A stretch of DNA of 64,000 bases from the human T2T-CHM13v2.0 reference genome, Homo sapiens. Position numbers and translations under genes: made by a program. Below the pieces are notes generated by a model. That model was not told where the DNA came from. It did not search any database and saw only the letters and a program-made list of their open reading frames with translations. Below, piece after piece: positions 1-13,769 of the stretch. Numbering within the stretch: the first letter of the stretch is position 1; each line of letters begins with the position of its first letter. The stretch lies in assembly GCF_009914755.1 (NCBI RefSeq), contig NC_060927.1, one strand, 5' to 3'.

Positions 1-649
1 TACTTCTCCCCCTCAAAAACCAACAAAAAGTTTGTTTGTTTCAGGAGAAAAACATGAAATGTTCAGTTGGTCTGCCATTTAAATTAAAAATGAGAACATA
101 ATTCAATACATTCGGTAAATAACATGTATTCTAGTGCCCTATTATGGCCAGTTAAGGAAAGGAGGCAGAATGAAGAAGAGAAAATAAGCAAAGTAGAGAC
201 AATGAGAGGTATACACAGTAGTAAAGGAGAAGGACGCTGGCCTCTCTTCATATAATTGTGTCTCTTTTACTGCTTCTAAAGACTTCTAAAGGTCTGCTGT
301 GTTTTCATTTCTTGATACCTTCTCTTTGGGCCAGAGAATATTAAGCTGAAGATGGAATGTGACCTGTAGATCAGAGATTTACCACCCCTGCTTTGAAGCA
401 GTGTTGGTGTATTCCCACTAAAATAAACCAACTGTATAACATTCCCTGGAACTTAATAAGCACTCAATAAATATTTGTTGAATAAATATAGAAATGAAAA
501 TGCAGAAATCGTACACAGAGTGACTTTTTCTTTAATTTGTTTGGACCTTTATCCTGCATGGAGCAAAATTGGTATTCTAATTCCGAGTGTTGCATCCTTT
601 ATTACTCTATGGCATACTTGAAAATTTCTTAATTTATTGTGGTGTCCTG

Positions 650-1200
650 TCAGCTAGAGTGAAGGAGGATGGTGCTGGTGGAAAGAGTTGTGCAGGTGAG
701 AGTGAAAAATACTACCATTGACTGTGACATGAAGAGGGAGAAGAAGCCCCAGAAAAGATGGAGGATCACTGAGCCTGGCAACAGTTGTGGCCTGGCCGTG
801 TTAAACTTAGAAGAATTCAAGCTACCTGTAATAATTGATCCTGACTCTGAATGGATTTTGGTTAGAGAGAGTAAGAGCATAGGCAGGAATTGAGAGCTCA
901 GTGGAAGAAGGGTCCAGAACACATTAGCAGTTAACTGCAATGACAGCAATGCCAAGTAAAAATTAGCTCTCATCTCTGCCAAAAGGAAAATCTAGTTTCT
1001 AATGATAGCCTTTACCATATATTAATGCTGATTAGGAAGCAGAAGTCCAGTTAATGGGATATTAAAAATGGAAGAAGTTAAGATACGAAGCAAAATAGAT
1101 CAACAAACTATTTCAAGTACTGGCATCCCCAGTCAGTGATTAAGTCAGAAGAGGCAGCAGTGGCAAACAATCCTGTAATTTTGAGATAGATTCTTCTATG
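650..1200 (+). mobile_element. Possible degenerate LTR-retrotransposon (Gypsy-like) aspartic protease remnant
   Basis: ORF 669-893 contains LNLEEFKLPVIIDPDSEWILVRE, resembling retropepsin aLIDTGS..tli.e (D at 837-839). NPVILR* at 1169-1189 resembles the downstream pvILGxD motif. Confidence 0.3.
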
Positions 1201-1552
1201 ACAAATAATTGCTGTTATGAAGACCATCACTTGATTAGGACCTGTCGATCACCAGTTAAGTTGGAAGTTGAAAAAGGATTATCCTCTCTTACTCTTCAAG
1301 TAACTAGTAGAACTTGTTAGAAATGTTAGTGAAAATTAAGGGAAATTAGAAGTAAAGTGTAAATTAAAATTCAAGGAAATTGGTATACTAACCAGGATGT
1401 TGGTTTTATTTTTGATAAAAGTAAACACATTGCAAATGTTAAGTACGTATTGTAACCTTCATTCCCCTGGGGCACCTGACTAATGGAGCCTTGGGGAAAG
1501 TTTTCTGCTTCAATTTGAATACGTATATTTTAGCTGGAGATTTCTTTCGAGG

Positions 1553-1690
1553 AACTAGAATGTAAGCTCCATGAGGGCAGGGATTTATTTGTGTTTTGTT
1601 CATTAATGTATTCCCAGCATCTACAACACTGTCTGTGCATAGTTGACACTTAATAAATAATTGATGAATGAATGAATGAATGAAAAAATG
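1553..1690 (+). mobile_element. L2 LINE 3' end
   Basis: ctagaatgtaagctccatgagggcaggga... ending in a (TGAA)n tail, the typical L2 3' terminus. Confidence 0.8.
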
Positions 1691-3425
1691 AACACACAGA
1701 CAAATGGATGAATGAGCAATATTGCATTATTAAGCACCCATTATCTTATATGCTCTTGTCTGCATTAGGAACTTTCCTAACCTCACTAGCAATTCTGTCT
1801 GTGTGTAAAGACAGGAAATTTGAAATGGAGAAAATATACCTCTGGTCATATAGTCAGGGGTTTCACTGTTATACTTAGCATAGAGAAAAATGCAGGAAAT
1901 TCCCATTTTTTCAAGAGGCAGGCAATCCTGAGGGCTTGTCTTCTGCTTGCTTGGCTATCAATCAAAGAAAACATGTTTTATGGTATTGTACTTGCTTCAT
2001 TTCAAAATAATTTTGACCATTATTTCTTAATTAGAAAATATAGAGTTTTTATCTTTCTAGATGTATGATTTTTTTAAAGTTTGTATCATTCACACGTGTG
2101 AATCTGGACCAGGTTTTCTAAGGATAAAAGTATGATTTGGTTTATAGAAATTAACCTTTCAGGAATCAACCTATTTGCAAGGTTATATATACTGATATAA
2201 AGTATTTTTCCAATTAGTGTCTGATTTTTAAGATCAGTTACTCAATTCTGCATAGACTGATTGAACTACCTGCATTGTATAATATTGCCCACTGGGTAGA
2301 GGGAAGGAGAGGCAGGGAGGGGAGATAAAGATCAACAAGGCATAGCCTTAAACCTCAGCATTTATAATAAAACCTCAATAAGTCAGAGAAAAGTAAGGAA
2401 TGACCAGTAAGAATTTGCTGAGGTCTCAGAGAAGTATTTAGAACCCATTAAAATGGACATGTTTATCCATGGAGCTATCCTTGAGTCAATTTGGAATTTA
2501 ATAGCTTAATTTTTGGTTACTTTAAATACTTTCTAAATGCTTTTCATTTTACATTTTCAAGAATTGAAAACATGAACTCTTAAGTTTTTGTTCCTTGAAG
2601 GAAAAAAAGTTGTCCAATCACAGTGGCTTTATATGACATGTGAAGAAAGCGAAGAGTGAGATTAAAAAAAATTTTTTTTTGAGAAGTGTAGACAGAAGAA
2701 AAAAGGAAAGCAAAGAACAAGAATTTGTCTTCTATCCTCTTTTTCCTAGCAAAGGAAGTTACAACTGCAGATCATTGTAAATACGTGATATAATGTACTT
2801 AAAATGTTTAGCACAGTGTCTGCCACATAATAGGTGCTCAATAAATGGAAGCATTTATTAGAATATCTAAGTAATTCATTGGGAGATTAAAAAAATATAT
2901 TTTTAAGTATATTAAAAGAAAAGATGACCAACATTGAAGGTGTAAATAAGAGGTTTGCAATGAAGAAAGTGATTTTATGCTGTAAGTTTCTAAAACTTTA
3001 TTCCAGTAAAAGAAGTTATGTTTTAGAAACATAGGCTCTTTCTGTAGAGTATTTCTTGGTAACAAATTGTCTTGTTTATAATTTTATTCTAAAATTTAAA
3101 ATACTAATTTTTAAAACTATTGTCATAGCATGCCCTCCAAAGTGTATTAATAATTGGTTAAAATCTTAGATAATAGATGTCTTAAGAAAAGTAAGGAGGC
3201 CAAAATCTACCTAACTTTGATGACCTAATTGTTACTGCTTATGGTTGTCATGGATGTCATTTCTTCAGAGTCATCATTCATACAAAACCATATCCCAAAA
3301 ATATATGTTCACATTTTGAACCAATGTAATTTTTTCTGTATTTTCAATGCTGTAAGATTTTAAAGCATATTTGTAAATTTAGGTCAATCTTTCTTAATAT
3401 CTTTCTGCTGTCTCTAAAGATTGCT

Positions 3426-3740
<315 letters not shown>

Positions 3741-4668
3741 GATTGCTGAGCATGCATTCACTTTGAACATTTTTATTTATTACTAGTTGATCTTCTGGGT
3801 AACAGTATAAATGTACCGTGAATTTATATTGTTAAATATTTTGCAAAGTTTAATGATTCTAAATGGGCATTTAAAGGGCACAGCATCAAAATTTTGTATT
3901 TTTGTCTACCGTGAAATCAGGCAGATGCAAGGGATTATTTCTAAGCCTTAGCCTGCATATTGAAACAAACACCTTGTACATTTTGAAGGTTTTCCATGGT
4001 ACCACAGAAGTAGCACCCTTCAGGACTTGGCTCTGCTACTGAATAGCAGCAAATTCATTCGGATTTCATAATTCCTTGCCTCAAACTGTGGTTAAGTTGT
4101 TAGTTACCTTCTTAAAGCAAATCCACCAAAGAATTTTATGTGAACCTTGCAACATTCATTCACAATGGTAAGTATTTTTAAAGAAATAACCATGACAGGA
4201 CCAGGTTTTGCCACTTGCCCACAGTATTGAGACCTTTGGCCTTCAACATACTGAAAGAAGCAAACCTGGGAGTGATAATGCTGTATATATAATAGAGGTA
4301 TTTATAAAATAATGAATTTTTATTTCATAGTTTCATTAAATGGAGATATAAAATTGAGTGTTATACTATTTGTGGTATGTCCCTTGCTTAAGCCATTGAA
4401 AGTATGATGGACAAGTTGGTTTATTGTTTATTATCTAGTTAAAAGACAGAGGTTATATACACCAAGAAATGGGCTAAAATATCTTTATTAGATCTGTAAA
4501 TCTAAATGTTGTGACTTAGTTGGATTTTCAAGAACATTCTTTCTGGAAATGAATGAAATATTTGGAATAATTAAATATGTATGGAATAGTAGAACTTGAA
4601 AAGATTAGGATTGTGATAAGAATCAAGGATTGTTGCTATGCTCTTTCCTATGAATAAAGTGCTAGCAT

Positions 4669-4984
4669 AGAGGTTGGTAAACTACAACCTGTGGGTACTG
4701 TTACCTACATTATAATTTTGTAGCTTGCAAGATAAAATTATTTTTGCATTTTTTGATGGTTGGGGGAATTAAAAGAAGAATATTTTCTGACATATGAAAA
4801 GGAAATTAAATTCAGGTTTATGTCCGTAAAGTTATATTGCCGTACGACCTTGTTGGTTTATGTGTTGACTTTTGACTGTTTTGCACTACCGAGGCAAGTT
4901 GAGTAGTTGTGACAGAACTGTATGTCCCACAAAGTCTAAAATATTTACTGCTTGGCCCTTACAGAAAAAGTTTGCCCACCCTGT
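4669..4984. mobile_element. MER58-type hAT-Charlie MITE
   Basis: Ends agaggttggtaaactac... and ...tggcccttacagaaaaagtttgcccacccctg match MER58 termini. Confidence 0.7.
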
Positions 4985-4999
4985 GCTAATACTGCATAG

Positions 5000-5337
<338 letters not shown>

Positions 5338-7703
5338 TAAATAGAAACTCTCATAAACCAGTTTGGCGAAATACCAAACTTCGCATATGCCTGTGTGTAC
5401 TGGCATATAGAAAGAAACAGGGCCCTGACCAGAAGAGGGAGAAGCCAGTTGTCTGACTTTCTGAAGAAAGGCATTATCAATTGTTGACAGTAGACATTGT
5501 CACTGGATACTTTCCTACATACTGATTCCCTTGTTTGAATGATTTTGGCATGTGACAGACCCTAGAAAAATTAGATTAAAACTATGGCTTTGGGTTATGA
5601 TTGGAAATCTTACTGGGTTCTGTGTATTGGTTAGCAAGGTTCTCTGAATAAGATTTTTCACTATGCTTGAGAGAAAAAAAAATCTAGTTCACTTATTAAG
5701 CAAATATATTAAGCCTTTGCTAAATATAAAGTGTTAGGTGGTATGGGGCAAGCAGAAATCATATAAGTCAGATACTTAAGTCAACAGAATCTGTTTGGGA
5801 AACCATATACAACAGAAATATAACTACTACCATTTGTTGAGCACTCACTATGTGCTGGACCCTGTGCTAAGCATTAGCACATTCTCTCCCTTAATTGTCA
5901 TACCACCCTATGAGATAGTTTTTGCAGATCAGGAAATCAGCAATTTGACCAAGGCCCCCCAGCTAGTAAGTAGTAGAGTCTCTGTCTTATCCCAGTCTCT
6001 CTGACTCCAAAGCCTATGTTTTTAACTATTACATCACTTTATACATGCTAAGTTAAATACCATTATAGATCCAAATTATGGCATAGAATGGCAAGAAATT
6101 TTACTGAAGAGTATATGATTAGCCTAAAAAAATACTACAAACTGAGAGAACTTGGTATATAGCTTAATAGTTTGTCCTAGCTGTTTACAAAGCATTAGAT
6201 TCAGAAAACGCCATTTCTCTCACATAGCTTTTGGTACTAAGTGGGTAATGAGATGCTTTAATCCATCTGTACACTCATCATGTAACATTGATGTATGCTC
6301 AGAATGAAGCAGAAGACTGGCATGTACTTTGTGAATGCTTACAGTTTAATGTAGTTAGGGAGATGAGACACTAAATTGCTATGTAGTAATTCCAGAGCCT
6401 CATGTGTGTAAAAAGTCTGTCCACACTGAAAGCCATTTTTGCCCTGAACAGTGTACCCAGATATGATTAAGATATGACTGTAATTGAAATAACCTATTAT
6501 GAATGAGTCTGGAAAAGTCCCTCTCTTATAAAGAAGTTTATTTGGAAGATTTCTTACCTTCTAAAATACTAAAATCATTTCTTCAGAAGTTTTGACCCAT
6601 AGAACATGAGGGACCTCCATATCTGTGTTCCTTCTGCATTAATTTTAAATGTTTTTCTAAGGACACTGTCTAAATATGATTTTATTTCATTCTAGAGAGG
6701 AAGTATCCAGATTATGTATCAAGGTGCTATTTTAGCATTTTATTCTGTAGACAGCTTCTTTATGGGAATAGAATTAAACTTCAGACAACATTTTGAAATC
6801 CTTGAATCTGTTAATAGGTTACTTCTTTGTCAGTGGTTGTCACTGGAATGTAAGCTATGTAAAAGCAGTACCTGGCATATTGTAGGTGTTATACTTTATC
6901 TATTGAGTAATTTTTATATGTCTGGACCTGAAAATTTAGCCAGCTAACCTGTGGGGTAATAAAAACTGTGAGGGTGCATGCCTGTGTATATAGAGGATAG
7001 GGGCTGAACAGGCATTGTGTTGCACAATTCCTGGGCACTGAATCGTTCATGTGCCCAGGATGGCAAACAGGAGGAGACAGATGGAAGTCTCAGTTGTTTG
7101 CATCATAATTTATAATGGTTTTATTTATGTGTTAAAAGAGTGTAATTCAGTGGCTGTTAAGGCTGTATTCTGCCATTAAGCTAATGACTAAACTTTATGA
7201 AATTGAACTCATAGAGAAATATTTTTTGATAGAAGTATTGATCTGTTTTTCTGCAGTATAAGTATTTCTGATGCAATATGTTTATACCTTTGGTTTTGGG
7301 GAAAGGAAAAGTCGACTCAAGAGAAAACTCCCACTTTTCCACAAAGTGTAGAGAAGTTTAGAACTTTCTTCTAATGTTTCTTCTGAACATTTAACATAAA
7401 CGACTTTCCCAGCTAGTAAGAAAATAAAAAGATGTAAATGACCTCAGGTATAAATGACAAAATATCATGAGGCTTAAAAGTAAAAATGAAATGTAGAAAC
7501 TTAAGAATGGGCCCACAATATGTACCCCTCTTCTTTATCTTCTACCCCTAAAGTGAAGTGATACAGCTCCAGCTCCCAGGCAGGCAGGCAGACCTACAGG
7601 AGAGGCTAGATGCTGATTTAATTCAGTACCTTCAAGAGAAAGGATCAAAAAGAGGCCCTACAGACCATCTCTTAGATGGTGGGTTTTTTAGGTCTCCAGC
7701 TGA

Positions 7704-8068
<365 letters not shown>

Positions 8069-8265
8069 AACATTTTTCTGTTGACTCAAGATCATGGAGT
8101 TAGAAGAATTTGGTATGAATGTGGGAGTGGATAGCAATGAAAGAGTGAGAGGAGGGAAGAAATACTTTGTCAAGTGTTTACTGAGACCCCAGAATGTAAT
8201 ATATTCATCAGTGATCTGTTCTAAGAGAAACTGAACAGCTTTTTCTCATTTAGAAAAAAACAAAA

Positions 8266-8577
8266 GCTGGGAGCGGTGACTCACACCTATAATCCCAGCA
8301 CTTTGGGAGGCCGAGGTGAATAGATCCCTTGAGGTCAGGAGCTCAAGACCAGCCTGGCCAACATGGTGAAACCCCATGTCTACTAAAAATACAAAAATTA
8401 GCTGGGCGTGGTGGCATGCACCTATAATCTCAGTTACTCAGGAGGCTGAGGTGGGAGAATCGCTCGAACCCGGGAGGCGGAGGTTGCAGTGAGCCTAGAT
8501 TTCGCCTGGGCGACAGAGTGAGACTCCATCTCAAAAAAAGAAAGGAAAAGAAGAAGAAGAAAGAAACAAAACAAAAC
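8266..8577 (+). mobile_element. Alu (AluS-like)
   Basis: Sense Alu with A-rich tail. Confidence 0.95.
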
Positions 8578-8968
8578 TGGCTTTTACTTTAAAATTCTTT
8601 GCTAGAGGAAAATGTCCAAACATCTTACATTGGAGCAGTGGCACAGGTATTACATAACAGGGTATGGATGGGAAACCCTGCAGTTTTTATTTGCAACAGA
8701 TGAATGGAACTTGTGGCTAAGGACAGTAGAATGTTAGTTCCATTTGGTTACTATCTGCTAAAGCTAGATCCTCATTCTAAAATGGAGGTCAGATGAGTTG
8801 AAATGTCAGTGGAACTCTGTGGTTTCTTCCCGGTTTTTCTTGGCTTATCTTTTCACTGGCTGGCATCCTCTCTGAGCTTTGCCATTTGTACCCCCAACCA
8901 AAGCTGAATCATTGATTTGTCATTTTCTCTCTGGGAGGTCCTGTAAAGTATATCTTTTTTTCCTCCTT

Positions 8969-9277
<309 letters not shown>

Positions 9278-10339
9278 TTTTTTCCTTCTTGTTCAGTTTA
9301 TTAATGATGCCCCTTCTTGCCAAGTATAGTATACTAATCTTTATTGGCCCAAGATATCAATATATAGTCTGTGGTTTCTACAGCAATGATAATTTTTTAT
9401 AGTTCTTTTCCTCTTTCCCTGTTTTCGAAGTCAGATCTCAATTTAGTTAAGGCTAAGTGAAAAATCTCATCCTTAAAACATAGTGAATAGAAAGGACCTC
9501 ATACTGGAAGTAAGAAAACCTGGGAAATGGGGAAGGATGCTCTGCTGCAGTTTGCCTGAAGAAACTGGACCAGTGACTTAATCTTTCTGAACTTCAGAGA
9601 CCTCAGATAAGACTATTTCTAAGACCTCTTCAGATATTAACATTATTCAGCCTAAAAATGAACAGGCACAAATGTGTTTAGTTCTGTCAGATAGTTAAGT
9701 CCACTGCATTAAGAGAATGCAGTAAGAGAATTGGTTTTCCAGTTGAACTGAGTTAGGAGCAAGCACTGCAACTGCCCTTACTTGATTCGTGGAATACCAT
9801 GTACTGTTGGAGATTTTGGATTTGGGTTTTTTGGTCTTTGGTTTGTTTTTGTTTTGCTTTACTTTGTTTTAATAAAGGAGAAATGGTATGAGGATATACT
9901 CAAGAATAATACACATTAGGTGCTCAAGCATTTCCATGATGTATATGGCATCATGTCTTTAAGTATCCTGTGGTCGTCTTATAAAATCACATGGTCACTT
10001 CCTAAAGCCTAGTGAAAGATTGGTTTTCCATTTGGGGCAATGGATCTCTCCCCTGACTCTTGCTGGTTCTACCCAGTCTATCCAGATAAGCTGGTTGTAT
10101 ATGCCTATTTCATTCTAGTATCTGCCTTCTTACCTCATGGCCCTTCTCTTTCCTCCCTAGTCTCTATCCCATTTCCAAAACTAGTGTCTTGATGGCGCTG
10201 ACATGAGATCTTGGGTTTATAGTGCTCATTTCCTAAAAAATAAAAAAAAAATTTAAGTGAGGAACTCTAGACCTTAAATAAATGGTCCTGCTAGGAAAGA
10301 CTCAAGTGCGTGTCCTGGGACTTGTGTTTCTTGACACTT

Positions 10340-13320
10340 ATGAGACTAAATTGCCATCCGCACCCAGCAGGTCCAGTCTCTGTTATACGTCCTTTTTCCT
10401 TGCCAGACCTACTCTCTCTCCCTGACCTCCTTGTGCTGCACCCTGCTTGGCTGCTTAATCCCTCCTGCTTTAACTAGAGTCTGGATTTGATACCTTATCC
10501 ACTTAGATATTAAATGACTGCGGCTTGTGATTTTCAGAGTTTAATTCCAGGTCCTTATTCTTTCTGGCCAGTTCTGTCTTGTTATTACTCATAATCCATT
10601 AAAACTTTCTCTGGAAACTTTCACAAAAGCCTATTTGGAATTAAATTGTATTTGCTTGGCTATTATGCACATTCACATAAGTGATTGATGTTAAGAGAGA
10701 GCCCACTTTGCCACCCACTGCCTTGACACCCCCTCAACCCACCCACTTTGAATTGTCTGAGAAGTTTGCTGACACCACTGAGAATCTACCTGGTTTCAGT
10801 TTCCACATATTTTGGTTGACCTGGTTTCAGCACAGTTGAAGCTAAAGTCCAAGCTAAAGTTTTTCTAGTATCAAGAATGTTTCATCCCGAATAAAGCTGG
10901 AAGAATAGTTTGTCTTGTTTTTTCAAAGACCATATCTCTGACTCTTAGTTCTTCATGTGCTCAGAGGAAAAGATGGCTTATGTCCTGGCCACAACTAAAT
11001 TTTGGATCTACTAAAGGTCATGGAGGGCTGGGAAGTTCCCTTGTAGCCAAAGGCCCATTTTCAAGTTGTTGGAGTTCCTGTGTATACCATAAACCACCAC
11101 CTTAGTATTATCTGGATTCTGCATTTTCCCCATGATCCTCTGGACTGAGTGCCCCTCTTTCCCACTGGTCATAAAAGTCTTGTCCCGATTACAGGGGGCT
11201 CAGATCCTGTTCTAATAGATCCTTATCCACTCCTGCAAGAGCAGCAATGCAAGAGACAGTTTCGCAAAAGCATGTCATAAAAGCTAAAGACACCAGCAGG
11301 GAGGTACACAATACCTGATCCATTGACCTAAAGCGGTCAGTTGAGGATGCAACATTTTTTGTGTTACTTAATTCTGTAGTTTACAGCCCAGGCCCCTAGA
11401 AAAGCCTAGGAAGAAAGATGGCCTCCTCCACTCTGAGGATTCAGTCTACTACAAGTACCCCTTCTGGCTGGGCACAGTGTCTGTGTAACAGAGGGCACTG
11501 TCTCTTTTTCTTTTTTAGCAGATCCAACCAGCTATGCCACAGGGCATATTTGCTGAGCTATGGCCGAGGAGTCTCCAACAAGAACCATGAGGGAGAACAA
11601 CTTTCAGCTTTACTTGGCATTGCTCTTACATCCTGGAAGGACCTAAGATGCTTTTGCAGGGTGCTAGGACTTGGCACCCTCCATCATATCAAGGCTGTGG
11701 AGCACGGTACTGGGGTCGTTAAAAGGCACCACGGAGGACATGTTTTATTGCTCTTGGTTTTCCAATCCCATGTTTGAAAAGCTGTCTGGTGCACTGTTAA
11801 ACCTTCATATGGGTCAGAGGGCTGTGGCAGCAGCCACTACCAGCTCCTTCCCTGCTGACCTGAAAATTTTTTCTCTGGACTGGATTCCAAACCTTTTCCT
11901 GTCTGTGATCACATTTTTGTCCTCATTTTTGTCAGTGTATTCACTATAGTGCCCTTTGTATCCATACACAGACGGTCTCCATGCCCTCAAGCTTGCAAAA
12001 CCCTGGTTAGATCATATTGTCCATACCCTTTTGGAATTCAAAGTTTACATTCTAATTTTATATTGTTTTTCACTCTCACTCCCAGACTGATGTCTTGATG
12101 GAGAAGGTGGACCAGAGATTCAAGCATGCTTTCTAGAACCCTAGCAGGGTTACTGAATTATCTCCATTACAAGTTCAGTTACAGATTCAGGCCTTCTGCT
12201 ATAGACATTCTGTTAGACTATGATCTAAGAAGGGTCAACTTGTGCCTGAGGGGAAGATACCTCCAGATAGTTTTATGTCCTGACTTGGAAAGCGTTTACC
12301 AGCCACCTTATAGCTATACTCTGTCTCCAAAGTATCAGGGACCATACACCCCTAGAAACTTTAAAAGAAAGCGCAAAGCTACACTCTTAATGTTACAGTG
12401 ATTGAGCCCTAATGTTTTTCCACTGTCCTAGATTGTAAAATTCCTGTTCTTGAGAAAAGATGTCTTCCTACCTTCCCTTTGTAGATACTTGTTTCAGTGT
12501 GTGGCCCCATGGTCCCTGTCATTCCCAAGGTGTTCTTTCTACCATGAAATCAAGCACCATAGCACTGAAACACTTAAATTATGTTTGCTTATTCAATACT
12601 GTGAGTTTGGTAGAAGCAAGGGCTTTCTCTTCCTCACCGTTTTGTTTTTGAGTTTCAAAACCATGCCTGTCACTCTCTGGGCACTCAGATATTTGCTGAA
12701 TACATAATTATAGAAATGCAAGTAGGAATTGTGCTGTTTGCTTTTCCTTGCCTTCTCCTTTAGCACTCTAAGTAGACCTGAACCATTCTCCAGCCTCTCC
12801 TCACCCGCCTTCTTCCCAAGTTCCTTCTAAACAACATGGTAGTTTTGTCCAGACTGACTAACATGATCCTTATTCACCTGCTGATTACAAAAGATTGGAG
12901 ATAAAATAATCATTACTGTATCTCCTCATTTTACTGAAGGCCCAGAGAGGTAAATTGCCCAAGATTATACAGCATATCCACTCCATAACATTCCATTTCC
13001 CCTGCTTCACCCACTAGGCTGGCTACCTACTCATTTTATTTCTGATCATCACCCTATTCCCTTTCCACAGGTTCTTTCATATCAGCCTTCCAGACTTTGG
13101 GAAGAGGCTACCGTCTGGACTTTAGCCCATACTAAGCTTGTAGAATTTTCTGTCACATCTCTTGTGTGGAATTAGGCTTTTTCTTGGTGCTAAGCAACTT
13201 CAGGGATTTGTGACCTATGGCTATACTGAGATATACTTTATTAAATGCCTATGATTGCTACATCATTCTGGTTCTTTGGTAGATTTACATCTTTGATTGA
13301 ATGTAGCCAGGAAACCTTAT
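10340..13320 (+). mobile_element. Decayed Ty3/Gypsy (sushi/chromovirus-like) pol fossil: RT-RNaseH-integrase-GPY/F-(chromo?)
   Basis: Colinear degenerate motifs: PCAAP 10429, LRL/DFQSL ~10518, FTK 10620, HFE..F..N.P 10744, EFL ~11072, FFSR and EQLSALLGIALTSWKDL (ORF 11418), GLWQQPLPAP 11819, IFSLDWIPNL 11866, HSQTDVLMEKVDQ 12077, LSPKYQGPY 12321, HRFFHISL 13066, YFIKC ~13234. Many stops and frameshifts. Confidence 0.75.
12425..12705 (+). mobile_element. L2-like 3' fragments inserted in the Gypsy fossil
   Basis: ctagattgtaaaattcctg... and ...ggcactcagatatttgctgaat resemble L2 3' ends. Confidence 0.5.
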
Positions 13321-13769
13321 CTAGAAACCTCTTTCAAGTCTTGGCCACACCCAGGGCAAGCATCTGGAGCCAATGCTAATAGTATTTCTCAGTTCTTTCT
13401 GGAGAGTAACCATGTGTTCAATCCATCCGTACTTCTACCACCACCACATTCTCTGATGATGTAACTATATCCAGTACAGGCAGTTGTTTCTCCCAAGTTA
13501 TCACTTCTCATTCTTAAGTAAAAATAATTTCCCAAGCCAGAAGGATCTTTCAGGCATAAGCATCTAGTCCTCCACTGCCTGAAACTTTTGCCCTAGGCTT
13601 TTGTTTCCTTCCCATATTGAAGGTACTGATTTGGCCTTGTCTGTTTCAAGAACAGTGACTAGTGCATGATTGAACTAACCCAGCCAGTCTTTGATGGTTG
13701 CTGTAGCACAGAAGATTAGGTAATTTGGAAAACACACTACTATGACCCCCAAGGTAATAGTAATAAGGT

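Noticed and set aside
13300-13420. - strand reading WVWPRLE...YIQS resembling an integrase zinc-finger region
   Set aside because: Isolated and opposite in orientation to the well-ordered + strand Gypsy motifs; probably coincidental
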